NCBI GenBank assembly: GCA_036918135.1
Contig: JBALDB010000018.1
Span: forward strand, 1 to 64,000
Length of the DNA: 64,000 nucleotides
DNA from: Nostoc sp.
Lineage (GTDB): Bacteria; Cyanobacteriota; Cyanobacteriia; Cyanobacteriales; Nostocaceae
Reading direction: 5' to 3'
Position numbers and translations under genes: made by a program. The notes beneath the pieces are model-generated. The model had not been told where the DNA came from, did not search any database, and saw nothing but the letters and a program-made list of their open reading frames with translations. This document shows positions 48,160 through 60,770 of the stretch, piece after piece (the first letter of the stretch is position 1; each line of letters begins with the position of its first letter).

Positions 48160-50274
<2,115 letters not shown>

Positions 50275-50622
50275 GGTTTTGAGGCAGGGAGCAGGAGGCA
50301 GGAGGTAGAAACTTTTTATCTGTGATAAATCTGTCCTGGATTATGTACCTCACTTACTTGCAATCTGCTGTAATTCTTAAATCATAACTACCTTGGTGAT
50401 AAATCTCATTGAGTAATAGGTTTAAGTTGATAATTGATTCAGGTTCGGCAGTTCTTAGCGGCACTATAAATTCAGGAATCTCATCTGGCAAATTAAATCA
50501 CTAAAGTTGAGCCTTTGGACGATTTTCATAATGATTCGGTTGAGTACCGATTTTTTATCTACACTACTATCGAAAATGTCAAAAATCTATGATATTTGAT
50601 TTATTCAGTTAGGAAATCAGCA

Positions 50623-51927
50623 GTGCTACCAAATAACCGTACTCCCGCAAACCAAAATCAACGCTGGAAATTTTTACAACTTTTTGGAATAGTAAGACGT
50701 AATCCTTTTTTGATTTCAAGGTGGATTTTACGCTGGATAGTATTGGGGACTGTTTGTGGTCTATTTGCTGGTTTGTACTGGAATGTTTTAGAAATAATAA
50801 CTCACCAGTTAGAAAGGTTTGAGGGTGTGAGTCTGCTAATAGTTATGCCAATAGCTGGATTAATTATTGGCTTGGTAATTCATTTTTTAGGCAATCCTGG
50901 GGAAATTGCTGTGATTGTCGATAATATCCATTTCCGTGGCGGACGTTTGGATACACGAAAAAATCCGGCGATGATTCTCACTTCTTTGGTTAGTATCGCT
51001 GCTGGGGGTAGTGCAGGGCCAGAAGCCCCATTAGTACAGGTTACAGGTTCTTTTGGTACATGGGTAGGCGATCGCCTTCGTCTGGAGGGCGAAGACTTGA
51101 GATCCACGACTTTAGCAGCAATGGCGGCTGGCTTTACCGCCTTGTTTGGCGCACCATTAGGTGGGGCGATGTTTGCTCTAGAAATTCTTCACCATCAGCA
51201 TGTCGTTGAATACTACGAAGCTTTAATGCCCGCCATTGTTTCTAGTTGCGCTAGTTATTTAGTATTTGCTTCCATTGCCCATTTAGGAATTGCCCCCACC
51301 TGGCATTTTCCTCAATACAGTTTACAGAACATCGATGATTTTGCTTTGGCTGTCGTGTTCGGAATCATCGGCGCTGTTGCAGGCTGGATTTTTATGTTTA
51401 TTTTTCGCGGCTGTGACAGACTGTTAGCCATGCTTCCTGGGCCTGTTTATGTTCGTACTACATTAGCAGGATTAGGCTTAGGTACTTTAGCAACCTTCTT
51501 ACCCCTAACGCGCTATTTCGGACATGAAGAATTAGAGTCAGTCCTAAATGCTAATTTTTCAGTTGTTTTTCTGTTAATTTTAGCTTTGGGTAAGATGGCA
51601 TCTATCAGCATTACAGTTACCGGTGGGTGGCGGGGTGGTTTCATTATTCCCTTATTTTTTATCGGTGCTTGTATTGGTAAAGCAGTCGCAATTTTAATTC
51701 CGGGGCTGAATCCTGCACTAGCTATGATTTGTACAATGGCAGCTATCAATGCAGCAGTGACACGCACACCCATAAGTACGACTTTGTTGTTAGCAAAATT
51801 AGCTAATTTTAGTCCGATTACGCCAATTCTTTTTGCTAGTTTGATTGGATTTTTTCTCGCACCAAAAGTCCCCTTTATAGCTTCTCAACTTAAATCGGAG
51901 CAATCTCTTGAAGAGATACAAAGTTAA
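50623..51927 (+). CDS. voltage-gated chloride channel (CLC) family protein
   Basis: GSAGPEAP, GWRGGFIIP; probable GTG start. Confidence 0.9.
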   Translation: MLPNNRTPANQNQRWKFLQLFGIVRRNPFLISRWILRWIVLGTVCGLFAGLYWNVLEIITHQLERFEGVSLLIVMPIAGLIIGLVIHFLGNPGEIAVIVDNIHFRGGRLDTRKNPAMILTSLVSIAAGGSAGPEAPLVQVTGSFGTWVGDRLRLEGEDLRSTTLAAMAAGFTALFGAPLGGAMFALEILHHQHVVEYYEALMPAIVSSCASYLVFASIAHLGIAPTWHFPQYSLQNIDDFALAVVFGIIGAVAGWIFMFIFRGCDRLLAMLPGPVYVRTTLAGLGLGTLATFLPLTRYFGHEELESVLNANFSVVFLLILALGKMASISITVTGGWRGGFIIPLFFIGACIGKAVAILIPGLNPALAMICTMAAINAAVTRTPISTTLLLAKLANFSPITPILFASLIGFFLAPKVPFIASQLKSEQSLEEIQS

Positions 51928-51947
51928 AAAACTTTATCAAAAAATAT

Positions 51948-52128
51948 ATTTACGTTAATTCCGATTTAAGGCGATCGGTAAAGTATTAAATAGAATGTTC
52001 GGAACACATTTTACTGTTTCCATTAGTTCCAATTTAAAGCAATCGGTAAAGAATCGCTATCGTAGTCTACTAACAACCACGCGTGTGGGAGTGTTTCCAT
52101 TAATTCCGATTTAAAGCAATCGGTAAAG
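51948..52128 (-). CRISPR. orphan mini CRISPR array: 3 repeats, 2 spacers
   Basis: 36-bp repeat CTTTACCGATTGCTTTAAATCGGAATTAATGGAAAC (minus strand) at 52093-52128, 52016-52051 and a degenerate copy at 51948-51983; spacers 41 and 32 bp. Confidence 0.85.
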
Positions 52129-52416
52129 AGTTCATTCAGGAGCCTTTGCCCCATAAGGCTTTCAGCCACCAAATCGACACACCTCTGAAAAAGATTATAT
52201 ATCTTGTGCAAAATTAAGTAAAATACATACCTCAAACCCTTGTCCTGTAAGGCATCAACACACCTCAATGAAGAATATAGGGTTTTGGGGATTCGATGAG
52301 GTGTGTAGATGAAAATCAGAAGAAGATTTTACCGATAGAGTTGGGTAAATTTTGGTATTTTTGGTAGTATTCTACGTAGCATCAATTTTACGAAAAAACT
52401 CTCAAGTGCCTTTTTC

Positions 52417-53211
52417 ATGAAAAGAAGACAATTTCTTGGCTTCCTTGGTATAGCAGTTGCTGGATTACTCCTAGCAATTGGTTTACCGTTAGTTACTCCT
52501 TCTCCTGTAATTGCCCAGTCAAACAACATACTTGTGTCAGCCGCCGCTAGCTTAAAAGATGCGATGGAAGAAATTAAGCCTCTGTACCAACAAAGTAAAT
52601 CAGATGTAAATATTACTTATAATTTTGGGGCTTCTGGTGCTTTGCAGCAACAGATTGAGCAAGGTGCGCCAGCAGATGTTTTTATTTCGGCTGGTAAAAA
52701 ACAAGTCGATGCTTTAGAACAAAAAGGACTGCTTTTACCAGGCACTCGTACTAATCTAGCAAATAACCGTCTGGTTTTGATAGTACCTAACAATGTTGTG
52801 GGTATTAGTAGCTTCTACAATTTAACAGATAGCAAGATTAAGAAAGTTGCGATGGGTGAACCCAGGAGTGTACCTGCAGGGCAATATGGGGAGCAAGTCT
52901 TAAAGAAATTGAATCTTTACGATCGCCTCAAACCAAAATTAGTGTTTGCTAATAATGTGCGTCAAGTCTTAGCAGCAGTAGAAACTGGTAATGCTGATGC
53001 TGGTCTAGTTTATGCTACTGATGCCAAAATCTCCAATAAAGTAAAAGTTGTAGTTGCTGCTGATGATAAATTTCACTCACCGATAGTCTATCCGATGGCT
53101 GTCCTCAAAAGCAGTAAAAATCCTGCTGCTGCTAAGGAGTTTGTCCAGTTTTTATCTGGCGCTCAAGCTAAAGATATACTCAAAAAATATGGGTTTCTTG
53201 TGTCTAAATAG
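52417..53211 (+). CDS. modA: molybdate ABC transporter substrate-binding protein
   Basis: AAASL, FGASG.L.QQI..GAPADVF, VPAG.Y, VYATDA. Confidence 0.95.
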   Translation: MKRRQFLGFLGIAVAGLLLAIGLPLVTPSPVIAQSNNILVSAAASLKDAMEEIKPLYQQSKSDVNITYNFGASGALQQQIEQGAPADVFISAGKKQVDALEQKGLLLPGTRTNLANNRLVLIVPNNVVGISSFYNLTDSKIKKVAMGEPRSVPAGQYGEQVLKKLNLYDRLKPKLVFANNVRQVLAAVETGNADAGLVYATDAKISNKVKVVVAADDKFHSPIVYPMAVLKSSKNPAAAKEFVQFLSGAQAKDILKKYGFLVSK

Positions 53212-53657
53212 CTAGCAGCTTGTTGGATAAATCTTAGTGGTTCATCACAAAAATTTTGATAAGTTTGTAGTCAGCACTTTAGTGCTTAAATACTTCCCAA
53301 CATAAAGTTCTCACTAGAAACGCATTTAACTTACAAAATCAATGAGATGAACCACTAATACCGCAGTGAAGTCATGTATTCAAAAGTCAAAAAGCTTATG
53401 TTGTCAGCTTTTCCCTGATTGTGAATGGTATCTCTATTTACACGATGCTGTAATACTGGCGCTACTCATAATTCGTAATTCCACAATCAATTTTAAAATT
53501 GCTATTAATACCTTTGCCAAATCAAAAAATATTTTGATTCAGAGGTTGGGTTCAGCAAAGCGAAACCTAATGTATAAAAACATGGCAAAATATTCTAATA
53601 TCAGAACTAATTGTTAACCTAAGCTATAAAAGTGAATTTCTAACTTAGGCTAATTAT

Positions 53658-54215
53658 TTAAGAAGCTGTAGACTGCAATTTTTCTAATCGTGCTAGTACT
53701 TCTGAACTATGAATGTTTGGGTTAACTTTGACAAAAGTCTCGCGCAAGATGCCTTGAGGATCGATGATAAAACTGTGGCGCATAGATAAGAAACTGAGCC
53801 ACGAACCGTAAGCTTTACTTACTAAACCATCAGTGTCAGCCAATAGCGGGTATTTTAGTCCCTCTGAATCACAAAATTTAGCGTGGGAATCAATGTCATC
53901 AGCACTGACACCGAGAATTTGCGTCTTTTTTTGGAGATACTGGGGTAAATCTTCTTGAAAACGACGAGCTTCTATAGTGCAACCAGAGGTAAAGTCTTTA
54001 GGATAAAAGTACAAAACTACCCACTTACCGCGAAAGTTAGAGAGGGAGATTTTGCCATCACCAGTGTTAGTTGGCAAAGTAAACTCCGGTGCAGGTTGAT
54101 TAATTGCAGGAAGTTTACCACCAAGAGCATCAGCAGCAGGGGTAAAATTTAGCCAACTAATAATAGAAATACAGCTGGCAAATAATATACACAAAAAAGT
54201 GCGACGGGAAATCAT
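53658..54215 (-). CDS. peroxiredoxin Q/BCP family
   Basis: YFYPKDFTSGCTIEA, FCDSEGL; N-terminal signal-like segment. Confidence 0.92.
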   Translation of the reverse strand: MISRRTFLCILFASCISIISWLNFTPAADALGGKLPAINQPAPEFTLPTNTGDGKISLSNFRGKWVVLYFYPKDFTSGCTIEARRFQEDLPQYLQKKTQILGVSADDIDSHAKFCDSEGLKYPLLADTDGLVSKAYGSWLSFLSMRHSFIIDPQGILRETFVKVNPNIHSSEVLARLEKLQSTAS

Positions 54216-54272
54216 GGTACAAACCAAAATCACAACTTTACACAAGTTTACAATTTTTAGTTAATACTAATC

Positions 54273-54515
54273 TTATTCTGACTCAGATTGGGGAGGAATA
54301 TCTGTGCTTTCGATGTATTGGCTATCTAGGAGAAAGGCTCCTCTTGTGAAGCGAATACCCCAATATCCACCGGGTCTACGGTCAATAACTATACCTTCTT
54401 CACCAATGTGAATCACATCGGGAGGACGTAGCATGGGCATAGGTTCAGCAGTTTTGACGTAGGGTGGTAATGCTACAACACGGACTTTACTACCAATAGC
54501 AAATTCTTTAGACAT
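54273..54515 (-). CDS. sipA: NblS-interacting protein SipA
   Basis: PPYVKTAEPMPMLRPPD motif, SH3-like size. Confidence 0.85.
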   Translation of the reverse strand: MSKEFAIGSKVRVVALPPYVKTAEPMPMLRPPDVIHIGEEGIVIDRRPGGYWGIRFTRGAFLLDSQYIESTDIPPQSESE

Positions 54516-54969
54516 CTTGTTTGTATTTTGCAAATAATTTTTGGAAATGATATATATAGAGCATTACGGTTAATTTTAAGCCGTCTTTGATTTAGATTTG
54601 ACCAATGAACTAGTACTTCATCTGACTAAAATCTAAAAAAATTTCATTAGTAATAACAAAAAGACCAGCCTCCCACAGCTGGCCTAAAAGATATTTTTTT
54701 GCGTTGTCTTCTCAAGAGAGTTAAAACCCAATTGCGCGTTCCTAAAATGCAACGGGCAACTTTTCTTAACAATATTGTAACAGCCAACACAGATTTTTCA
54801 GAAATTTTCATCAAAAAAAGATATAGACAAAACTTAAAAGCCTCTATCTATAAGGAGAATTCGGTACGACGCAGGGTAGAAATAGGGAGTAGGGAGCCAG
54901 TGCGTTGGACGGGTTCCCGGCTTGGAGCAACTAGCGTTCAATACTCAACACTCTCTATTTACCCAATGA

Positions 54970-56697
54970 CTAATGACTAATGACTAATTGTGGTTTTCCC
55001 CAAAGGATGGTCTCTTGCTTATAAATGGCAATTCCTGGTTTTGCTCCTTTGGGTTTGTAGACGTGTTTTAGCTGAGTGTATACTACTGGCACTTGGTCAC
55101 TCTGACGGGCGCGACTGTAGTAAGCAGCAAGATTAGCTACAAATTGTAAATCAGCTTCTTCTGCAACAGCACCGGGTTCAAGACGTAGTAGCACATGGCT
55201 ACCTGGAATTTCTTGAGCGTGAAACCATAGGTCATAATCCCCAGCTACACGAAAAGTCAATTGGTCATTTTGGCGATTGTTACGACCGATCAAAACTTCA
55301 AAGCCACTAGGAGTAAGGTAATGATAAAAGTTACTTGTAGAGGCTTCATTGTTGGTGCGATCGCGGTATTCTGGATCTTCGAGATACTTTTGCCCAATCA
55401 GTTCTTCGCGGATTTCTTCTAAAGCTTGCAAATCTTGTGCTGTTTGGTAGTTGTCTATTTGGTCGATCGCAGCTTGTACTTGTTCCAAATAGTCTATTTC
55501 TGTCTGCGCTTCTAAAAGTAGCGGTTCTACAGCAGAACGAGCGCGTTTGAGTTTTTGGTGCTGTTTGTAAAGACTTTGGGCATTTTGGACGGCGTTTTTA
55601 TCTGGTTGGAGAGCGATCGCTATTGGCTGATTAGTCTCAAAATCTGGGATAATTATTTCTTTCATCCCTGGTTCCCAGTTTTGCAGGTGAGCCATTAATA
55701 AATCTGCTTTTTGCCGATACTCATCAGCTCGATCTGATTGCTGCAAGCGTGTCTTAAAAGTTTGAGCTTTATTGTGTAATTTCCCCAAAATATTATTTAA
55801 TTTCTGACTCAACTGATGGCGCAATTGAGAAAATAACTGTTGATTGAGTTGGTCAGTGTAGTAACGGTTGAGTAATTCTTGAATGTCTTTAACGCTTTCC
55901 ACTCCACCCCAACCCATTACTGTATAGCCGTCTTTTGTCCAAGCGGGTTGAAATTTCCCAGAATCCAAGGTTTGCAGCCATTCTTGCCAATGCTCAAACA
56001 ATCTTTGCCAATCCTCTGGTTTGAGTGTATCGGTGGATGTTTCTGGTAGAATATTTGCTGCTAAGAGCATTGATTCTAACAATGCTGCACTCAAACCACT
56101 ATAACTTTTGAGTAATTGCCGCTTGATTGCTCCTGGTACTAAGCTTACGCGTTCTTGCCAGCGTTGTTGAGATTCGCTCAAATTGGGGATAGTCCCAATA
56201 AGTTTTGGTGGTGTTTCGTAAGGTTGTCCGGTTTGGATAGGACGGACACTAGATTGTTGCTGACTGACTTGATGGGCAGCAGTAATAATTATATTGCTAG
56301 CGTCAGTGAGAATGACGTTGCTATACTTGCCCATAATTTCTGCATAGACATGATATAGGGCGTTTTCTCCGGGACGCCGAGCAAATTGTAAATCAATAAC
56401 CCGTTCCCAAGGAGCGATCGCTTCAATTGCTACTAAAGCCAAACCAGCCAATTGGTGTATCAGTTGTTGGCTAAAAGTGAAGGTATCGGGAATTCGCGGT
56501 GGCGGATCGGTGATGCAAATATGTGCAGCTTGAGGATGCCAAGAAATCTCTAGCCAACCCCGTTGTTTCAAGGTGCGTAATGCTATGGCAATAGTGTAGC
56601 GATCGCGCTGATAAACTTGCTCTAAGCGTGATGGTAGCCAGCTTGCACGAATTTCGCTACAAGCAGCTGTGAGAGTGGTAAAGTCAACTGGTTGCAA
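54970..56697 (-). CDS. rqcH: RqcH/FbpA (NFACT) ribosome quality-control protein
   Basis: EIMGKYSNVIL, NAQ..YK...K, GRNNRQND, WFHAQEIPGSHV. Confidence 0.92.
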   Translation of the reverse strand: MQPVDFTTLTAACSEIRASWLPSRLEQVYQRDRYTIAIALRTLKQRGWLEISWHPQAAHICITDPPPRIPDTFTFSQQLIHQLAGLALVAIEAIAPWERVIDLQFARRPGENALYHVYAEIMGKYSNVILTDASNIIITAAHQVSQQQSSVRPIQTGQPYETPPKLIGTIPNLSESQQRWQERVSLVPGAIKRQLLKSYSGLSAALLESMLLAANILPETSTDTLKPEDWQRLFEHWQEWLQTLDSGKFQPAWTKDGYTVMGWGGVESVKDIQELLNRYYTDQLNQQLFSQLRHQLSQKLNNILGKLHNKAQTFKTRLQQSDRADEYRQKADLLMAHLQNWEPGMKEIIIPDFETNQPIAIALQPDKNAVQNAQSLYKQHQKLKRARSAVEPLLLEAQTEIDYLEQVQAAIDQIDNYQTAQDLQALEEIREELIGQKYLEDPEYRDRTNNEASTSNFYHYLTPSGFEVLIGRNNRQNDQLTFRVAGDYDLWFHAQEIPGSHVLLRLEPGAVAEEADLQFVANLAAYYSRARQSDQVPVVYTQLKHVYKPKGAKPGIAIYKQETILWGKPQLVISH

Positions 56698-57112
56698 AGC
56701 GATTAGTTATTAACATTCAAATGGTAGCGATCGCTATGCTTTTATTTTCGTTTAGTCAAAGCATAGCACACCTCAACTATCATAGCGGTTTTAGCAGTCC
56801 TAAATGATTTGTGAAATAATTTTCTCGAGTCAAGATTGGTTATTTGTCATTAGTCCTTTGTTATTTAAAATAACTAAGGACAACAAAAATATTTTTCATT
56901 TTCTCGTTCAGAATTTCTATATTAAGGTTAATTTGTCAATTAATTTATAAATATAACGGTGTGGAAAAACAAAACTATGTTAATAAAAATAAAATAGGCT
57001 TAAACCTTCTTTCTCCAGCAATAGCTGCCGACGCTTGCAGACTCGCTAACGCTGCACTATCCTGCCTCATCCCAACAATAAATATTCACACCGACCTACT
57101 TATGCAAATGTA

Positions 57113-57164
57113 TAGGGTGAGTGATTTATACTAATTAAACCAATAGTATAAATCACTCACCCTA
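57113..57164. terminator. 21-bp perfect inverted repeat downstream of the glycosyltransferase
   Basis: TAGGGTGAGTGATTTATACTA ... TAGTATAAATCACTCACCCTA. Confidence 0.65.
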
Positions 57165-57264
57165 AAAAATATTTACAATAAATAATGATGACTAAGGAAC
57201 TAGGAAAAGAAAATTATTGCTGACTTCGAGTTACCCATTCACCATTATCTCTAACGCAAGAGAA

Positions 57265-58638
57265 TTATTTAGCTACCAAAACTGGCTGTTTTGCTTGTGA
57301 ATGCATTAATTCGGCAGTTGAATGCACTAATTCTTTTGCTGTTGATTGCACTAATTCGGCTGCTGAGTGTACTAATTCTTTTGCTGTTGATGCTACTGGT
57401 TGTGGCTGCGACAATTGAATGTAAAGTTCACTCAGTTGATTAGCGACGCCATCCCAACTAAATTTAGTTTCAACGCGCTTTCTACCAGCTTTGCCGAGTT
57501 TGTCTCGCCATTCTGGATTCAACGAAATTCTGTCGATCGCATTTGCGAAAGCAGTTACATCTTGCGCTGGTGCTAATAAACCAGTTTCTTCGTTAACTAC
57601 AGTAAACTGAAGTCCACCAACATCACTAGCTACCACTGGTGTACCGCTAGCCATCGCTTCAATTGCCACGAGTCCAAACGGCTCGTAGTGACTGGGAACA
57701 ACGCAAACATCAGCTGCTCCGTAATAAGTTGGTAAAACATCTTGACTTAAACGACCGGCAAAGGTGGTGAAATCACTCATCCCTAATTCGTTAACGATTT
57801 GCTCAATGCGATCGCGCTCAATTCCGTCGCTGTTACCTGGAGTACTACCACCACCAATAATTAACCGCACTTTGTTGGACTCGCGCACTTTAGACTCACT
57901 TACTGCACGCACTAAGGTTTCTATCCCTTTACGTTGATCGAAACGACCGACATATAATATAACTTTGGTTTCTGGATCGATTCCCAGTTCTAATCTGGCT
58001 GCATCTCGTCCAATCGAACCAAATCTCTGAATATCTGTACCGCAGGGAATAATATCAATATTGCCTTTTTTGGAAACAAGCGATCGCATATGTTCTTTTT
58101 CCTGGGGACTCGTTGCTACAATTCGCTCTGCTGTCTCCAACACTTGTTTTTCCACTGCCAATCGCTGACTGGCAATCTGGGGAATATTCTCTATAGTGTT
58201 ATATTTTACTGCTCCTAAAGAGTGGTAGGTGTGAACCTGTTTAACTCCTTGGATTCTCTTCAACTCCATTCCTACCCAGCTGGAAAGCCAGTAGTTGGTG
58301 TGAACTAACTGGTAGGTAATACCATTTTTTCCTTGAAATTTGAGAAAATTATCTATAAATTCTGGTAAATATCCAAAAATATTATCTCGTGGCACAAACT
58401 CCAAGGGGCCTGCTTTTAAACGAATCGTTCGACAATTCTCGCTATGCTGAACGATTGAGTCTTGCTCCAAACTTACTTTGCGGGTAAACATATCAACTTT
58501 CCATCCTATATGCGCTAGTGCTTCACCCACATGGCGCACGTAAACATTTTGTCCCCCAGCTTCTTCTTTCCCTATTTCAATAGCTGGGTCTCCGTGAACG
58601 GAAATCAAGGCAATACGTTTTTCGGTGGTAGAGTTCAT
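57265..58638 (-). CDS. GT4 glycosyltransferase, probable sucrose-phosphate synthase
   Basis: ISVHGDP...EAGGQNVYV, HTNYWLS, EPFGLVAIEAMASG. Confidence 0.85.
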   Translation of the reverse strand: MNSTTEKRIALISVHGDPAIEIGKEEAGGQNVYVRHVGEALAHIGWKVDMFTRKVSLEQDSIVQHSENCRTIRLKAGPLEFVPRDNIFGYLPEFIDNFLKFQGKNGITYQLVHTNYWLSSWVGMELKRIQGVKQVHTYHSLGAVKYNTIENIPQIASQRLAVEKQVLETAERIVATSPQEKEHMRSLVSKKGNIDIIPCGTDIQRFGSIGRDAARLELGIDPETKVILYVGRFDQRKGIETLVRAVSESKVRESNKVRLIIGGGSTPGNSDGIERDRIEQIVNELGMSDFTTFAGRLSQDVLPTYYGAADVCVVPSHYEPFGLVAIEAMASGTPVVASDVGGLQFTVVNEETGLLAPAQDVTAFANAIDRISLNPEWRDKLGKAGRKRVETKFSWDGVANQLSELYIQLSQPQPVASTAKELVHSAAELVQSTAKELVHSTAELMHSQAKQPVLVAK

Positions 58639-59598
58639 AGTTTGTGTGTTGCGAATTGTAACAAAGTTTTAGCCGATTCCAAGTTGGCGTATATTGAGAG
58701 TACGCTGACCTGATTTATTGAAGAACTTTAATTAATGTTGAGTTTAATTTACTATATCTAATATTTTTTTACATCTTCTGCCAGAAATAGGCTTTAAGAT
58801 TAAGTATTAGATATTTAATTATTTCTCTAGAAATATCTAATTAATATATAGAATACTTATAAGCAGTGAAATTCTATTCTTTATTTTCTTGATAGAAAGC
58901 TAATTCCGTAGAGTTGGGTAAGTACAACAGCTAAGTGATGCTGGATGAACTCAGTATGATTTAAGGAAAAATCGCAAACAACTCAACTCTCCCAGTCTTA
59001 CTCATATAATTAGTTTTATTTTATACCTTTCATAATCGTAATTCCCTAGATTAGGACAATGTTGATTGTTCAAAGCAGTGAAGCAACTAGGCACTTTGCT
59101 GTAGTGCGAAAATTAGAGGTAGAAGAACTAACTAAAATTTAGTATCACTAGGTCAAATTAAAAATGCTTATGAGGTTAATAGTTCAATAATTTGTGGCAG
59201 GCTTTATAAAGAGAAATATAATAGCTGTATTGTTGCTGTGTTTTACTAGTTCATTTAAATAAGGGGTCTTTACGACGGACTCTCGCTAAGCGACTGTAGT
59301 TAAAAACTGGTTAAACAGAAAACATTTACTTTTCTATTGTCAATCATGGTTGAAACAACATACACGCGCTGTAGTTATTTCATAGTAAGTTTTATTTGGA
59401 GTACGGTTCGATAAATTGTGCTTTAATAAATAGCTATAGCAACAGACAAACCCAAATGCATGGGGTTTGCACCATAGCACTTACAAAATTATCTGCAAGC
59501 AGTTTTTAATTAAGCAGTTAGAGAAGAATTGACAATTAAAAATTAAAAATCAAAAAAATAATTCTGATTTTTAATTTTTAATTTCTCTCCCTTAAGGA

Positions 59599-60096
59599 TT
59601 AATTCGTAGTTTGTGCAGCTAGCATTTGTTTGAGCTTTTCTAATTCTGAAGCCCAACGGGGATCTGGACGAATAGCATCTGACTCTGTAGTCGTGGTGCT
59701 TTCACGAGAACCTCCGCCACCGCCCCGACGAGGCTTCTTAGAGCCTTTCTCACGACGGCTACCTTCTTTATTAGTGTTAGGAGTAGGGTTATTACTAGCA
59801 ACATTAACTGCTTTAGGAGCTTGCTCCTCGCCCTCCTCACCTTTTGTACGAGGTAATGCCTTCTCTAGCTTGATGGGAGTGTCTTTGAACATCTGACCAT
59901 TATACTTTTCAATTATTTGGTCAGCTTGTTCGTCATTATTGACCGTCAGAAAACCAAAACCACGGCATTTGCCAGTTTTGCGGTCTTTAATTAATTTAGT
60001 AGTTACAGCATCACCTTCAGCTGCAAAAACTGCTTGTAGATCTTGACGATCGATTTCTTCTTTGGGCAAATTACCTATATATAGGCGAACGGACAT
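59599..60096 (-). CDS. RRM RNA-binding protein (long, Rbp3-like class)
   Basis: RNP2 LYIGNL, RNP1 RGFGFL, C-terminal PDPRWA. Confidence 0.92.
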   Translation of the reverse strand: MSVRLYIGNLPKEEIDRQDLQAVFAAEGDAVTTKLIKDRKTGKCRGFGFLTVNNDEQADQIIEKYNGQMFKDTPIKLEKALPRTKGEEGEEQAPKAVNVASNNPTPNTNKEGSRREKGSKKPRRGGGGGSRESTTTTESDAIRPDPRWASELEKLKQMLAAQTTN

Positions 60097-60685
60097 GAAC
60101 TATACCTCCAACAGATGAATGAACATGGCAAGGTGAGAAAACCATTACTTGGCTTTGGCTTTTAAATAGATGCTATTGACAAACACTGCCACCAACCAAT
60201 TTTTTTGTTCCAAACTATCAACCTTTACAATACAGTTTTTCGTTGGGATCAAGCTTAATAAATCCAAAGGCTCAAACTACAATGAGCTAATAACACCTTA
60301 ATTCTAAGAATTGTAAATTTAATAGCCTACTGTCTGCCAAAGTACACGCTTTCTTCAATGCCCTTTTTCGCAGAATAAAATACCATTCTTTACATTACCA
60401 CGGTATTTTCTACCTAGCTAGTTTAGCGCATACATTTTCGACTTTAGTATTATTGTATCGTAGCATAAAACACATTTTTTCTTCAAGGCAGGATTTCTGG
60501 AAACAAAAACCAGCCAGTGGCTGGTTAATTTGCTGCTGTGTTGGGAGGATGAAAAGGTATGGAAAGGGGAAAAAGCATCCGAATTCATCACAAAGCGATG
60601 AGGCTGAGTTATGTCGGTTGCTATTGTTTGTGTAAATAAATGTAACACTAGGGAATAAAACCTGCAACTTTTGTTTACATTTCGG

Positions 60686-60770
60686 TTTGTCCTTTGTCCT
60701 TTGTCCTTTGTCATTTGTTCTCGATCCAAAGCAAATAACTAATGACTAATAACCAATGACCAATGACTAA
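60686..60770. repeat. STRR heptamer tandem repeats
   Basis: TTTGTCC x3 and TGAC(C/T)AA runs; also at about 12977-13007 and 54966-54987. Confidence 0.8.

Noticed and set aside
54970..56697. Functional link between rqcH (Ala tailing) and the Ala-identity RNAs
   Set aside because: It lies 18 kb away among housekeeping genes and I saw no shared operator; proximity is probably coincidental.
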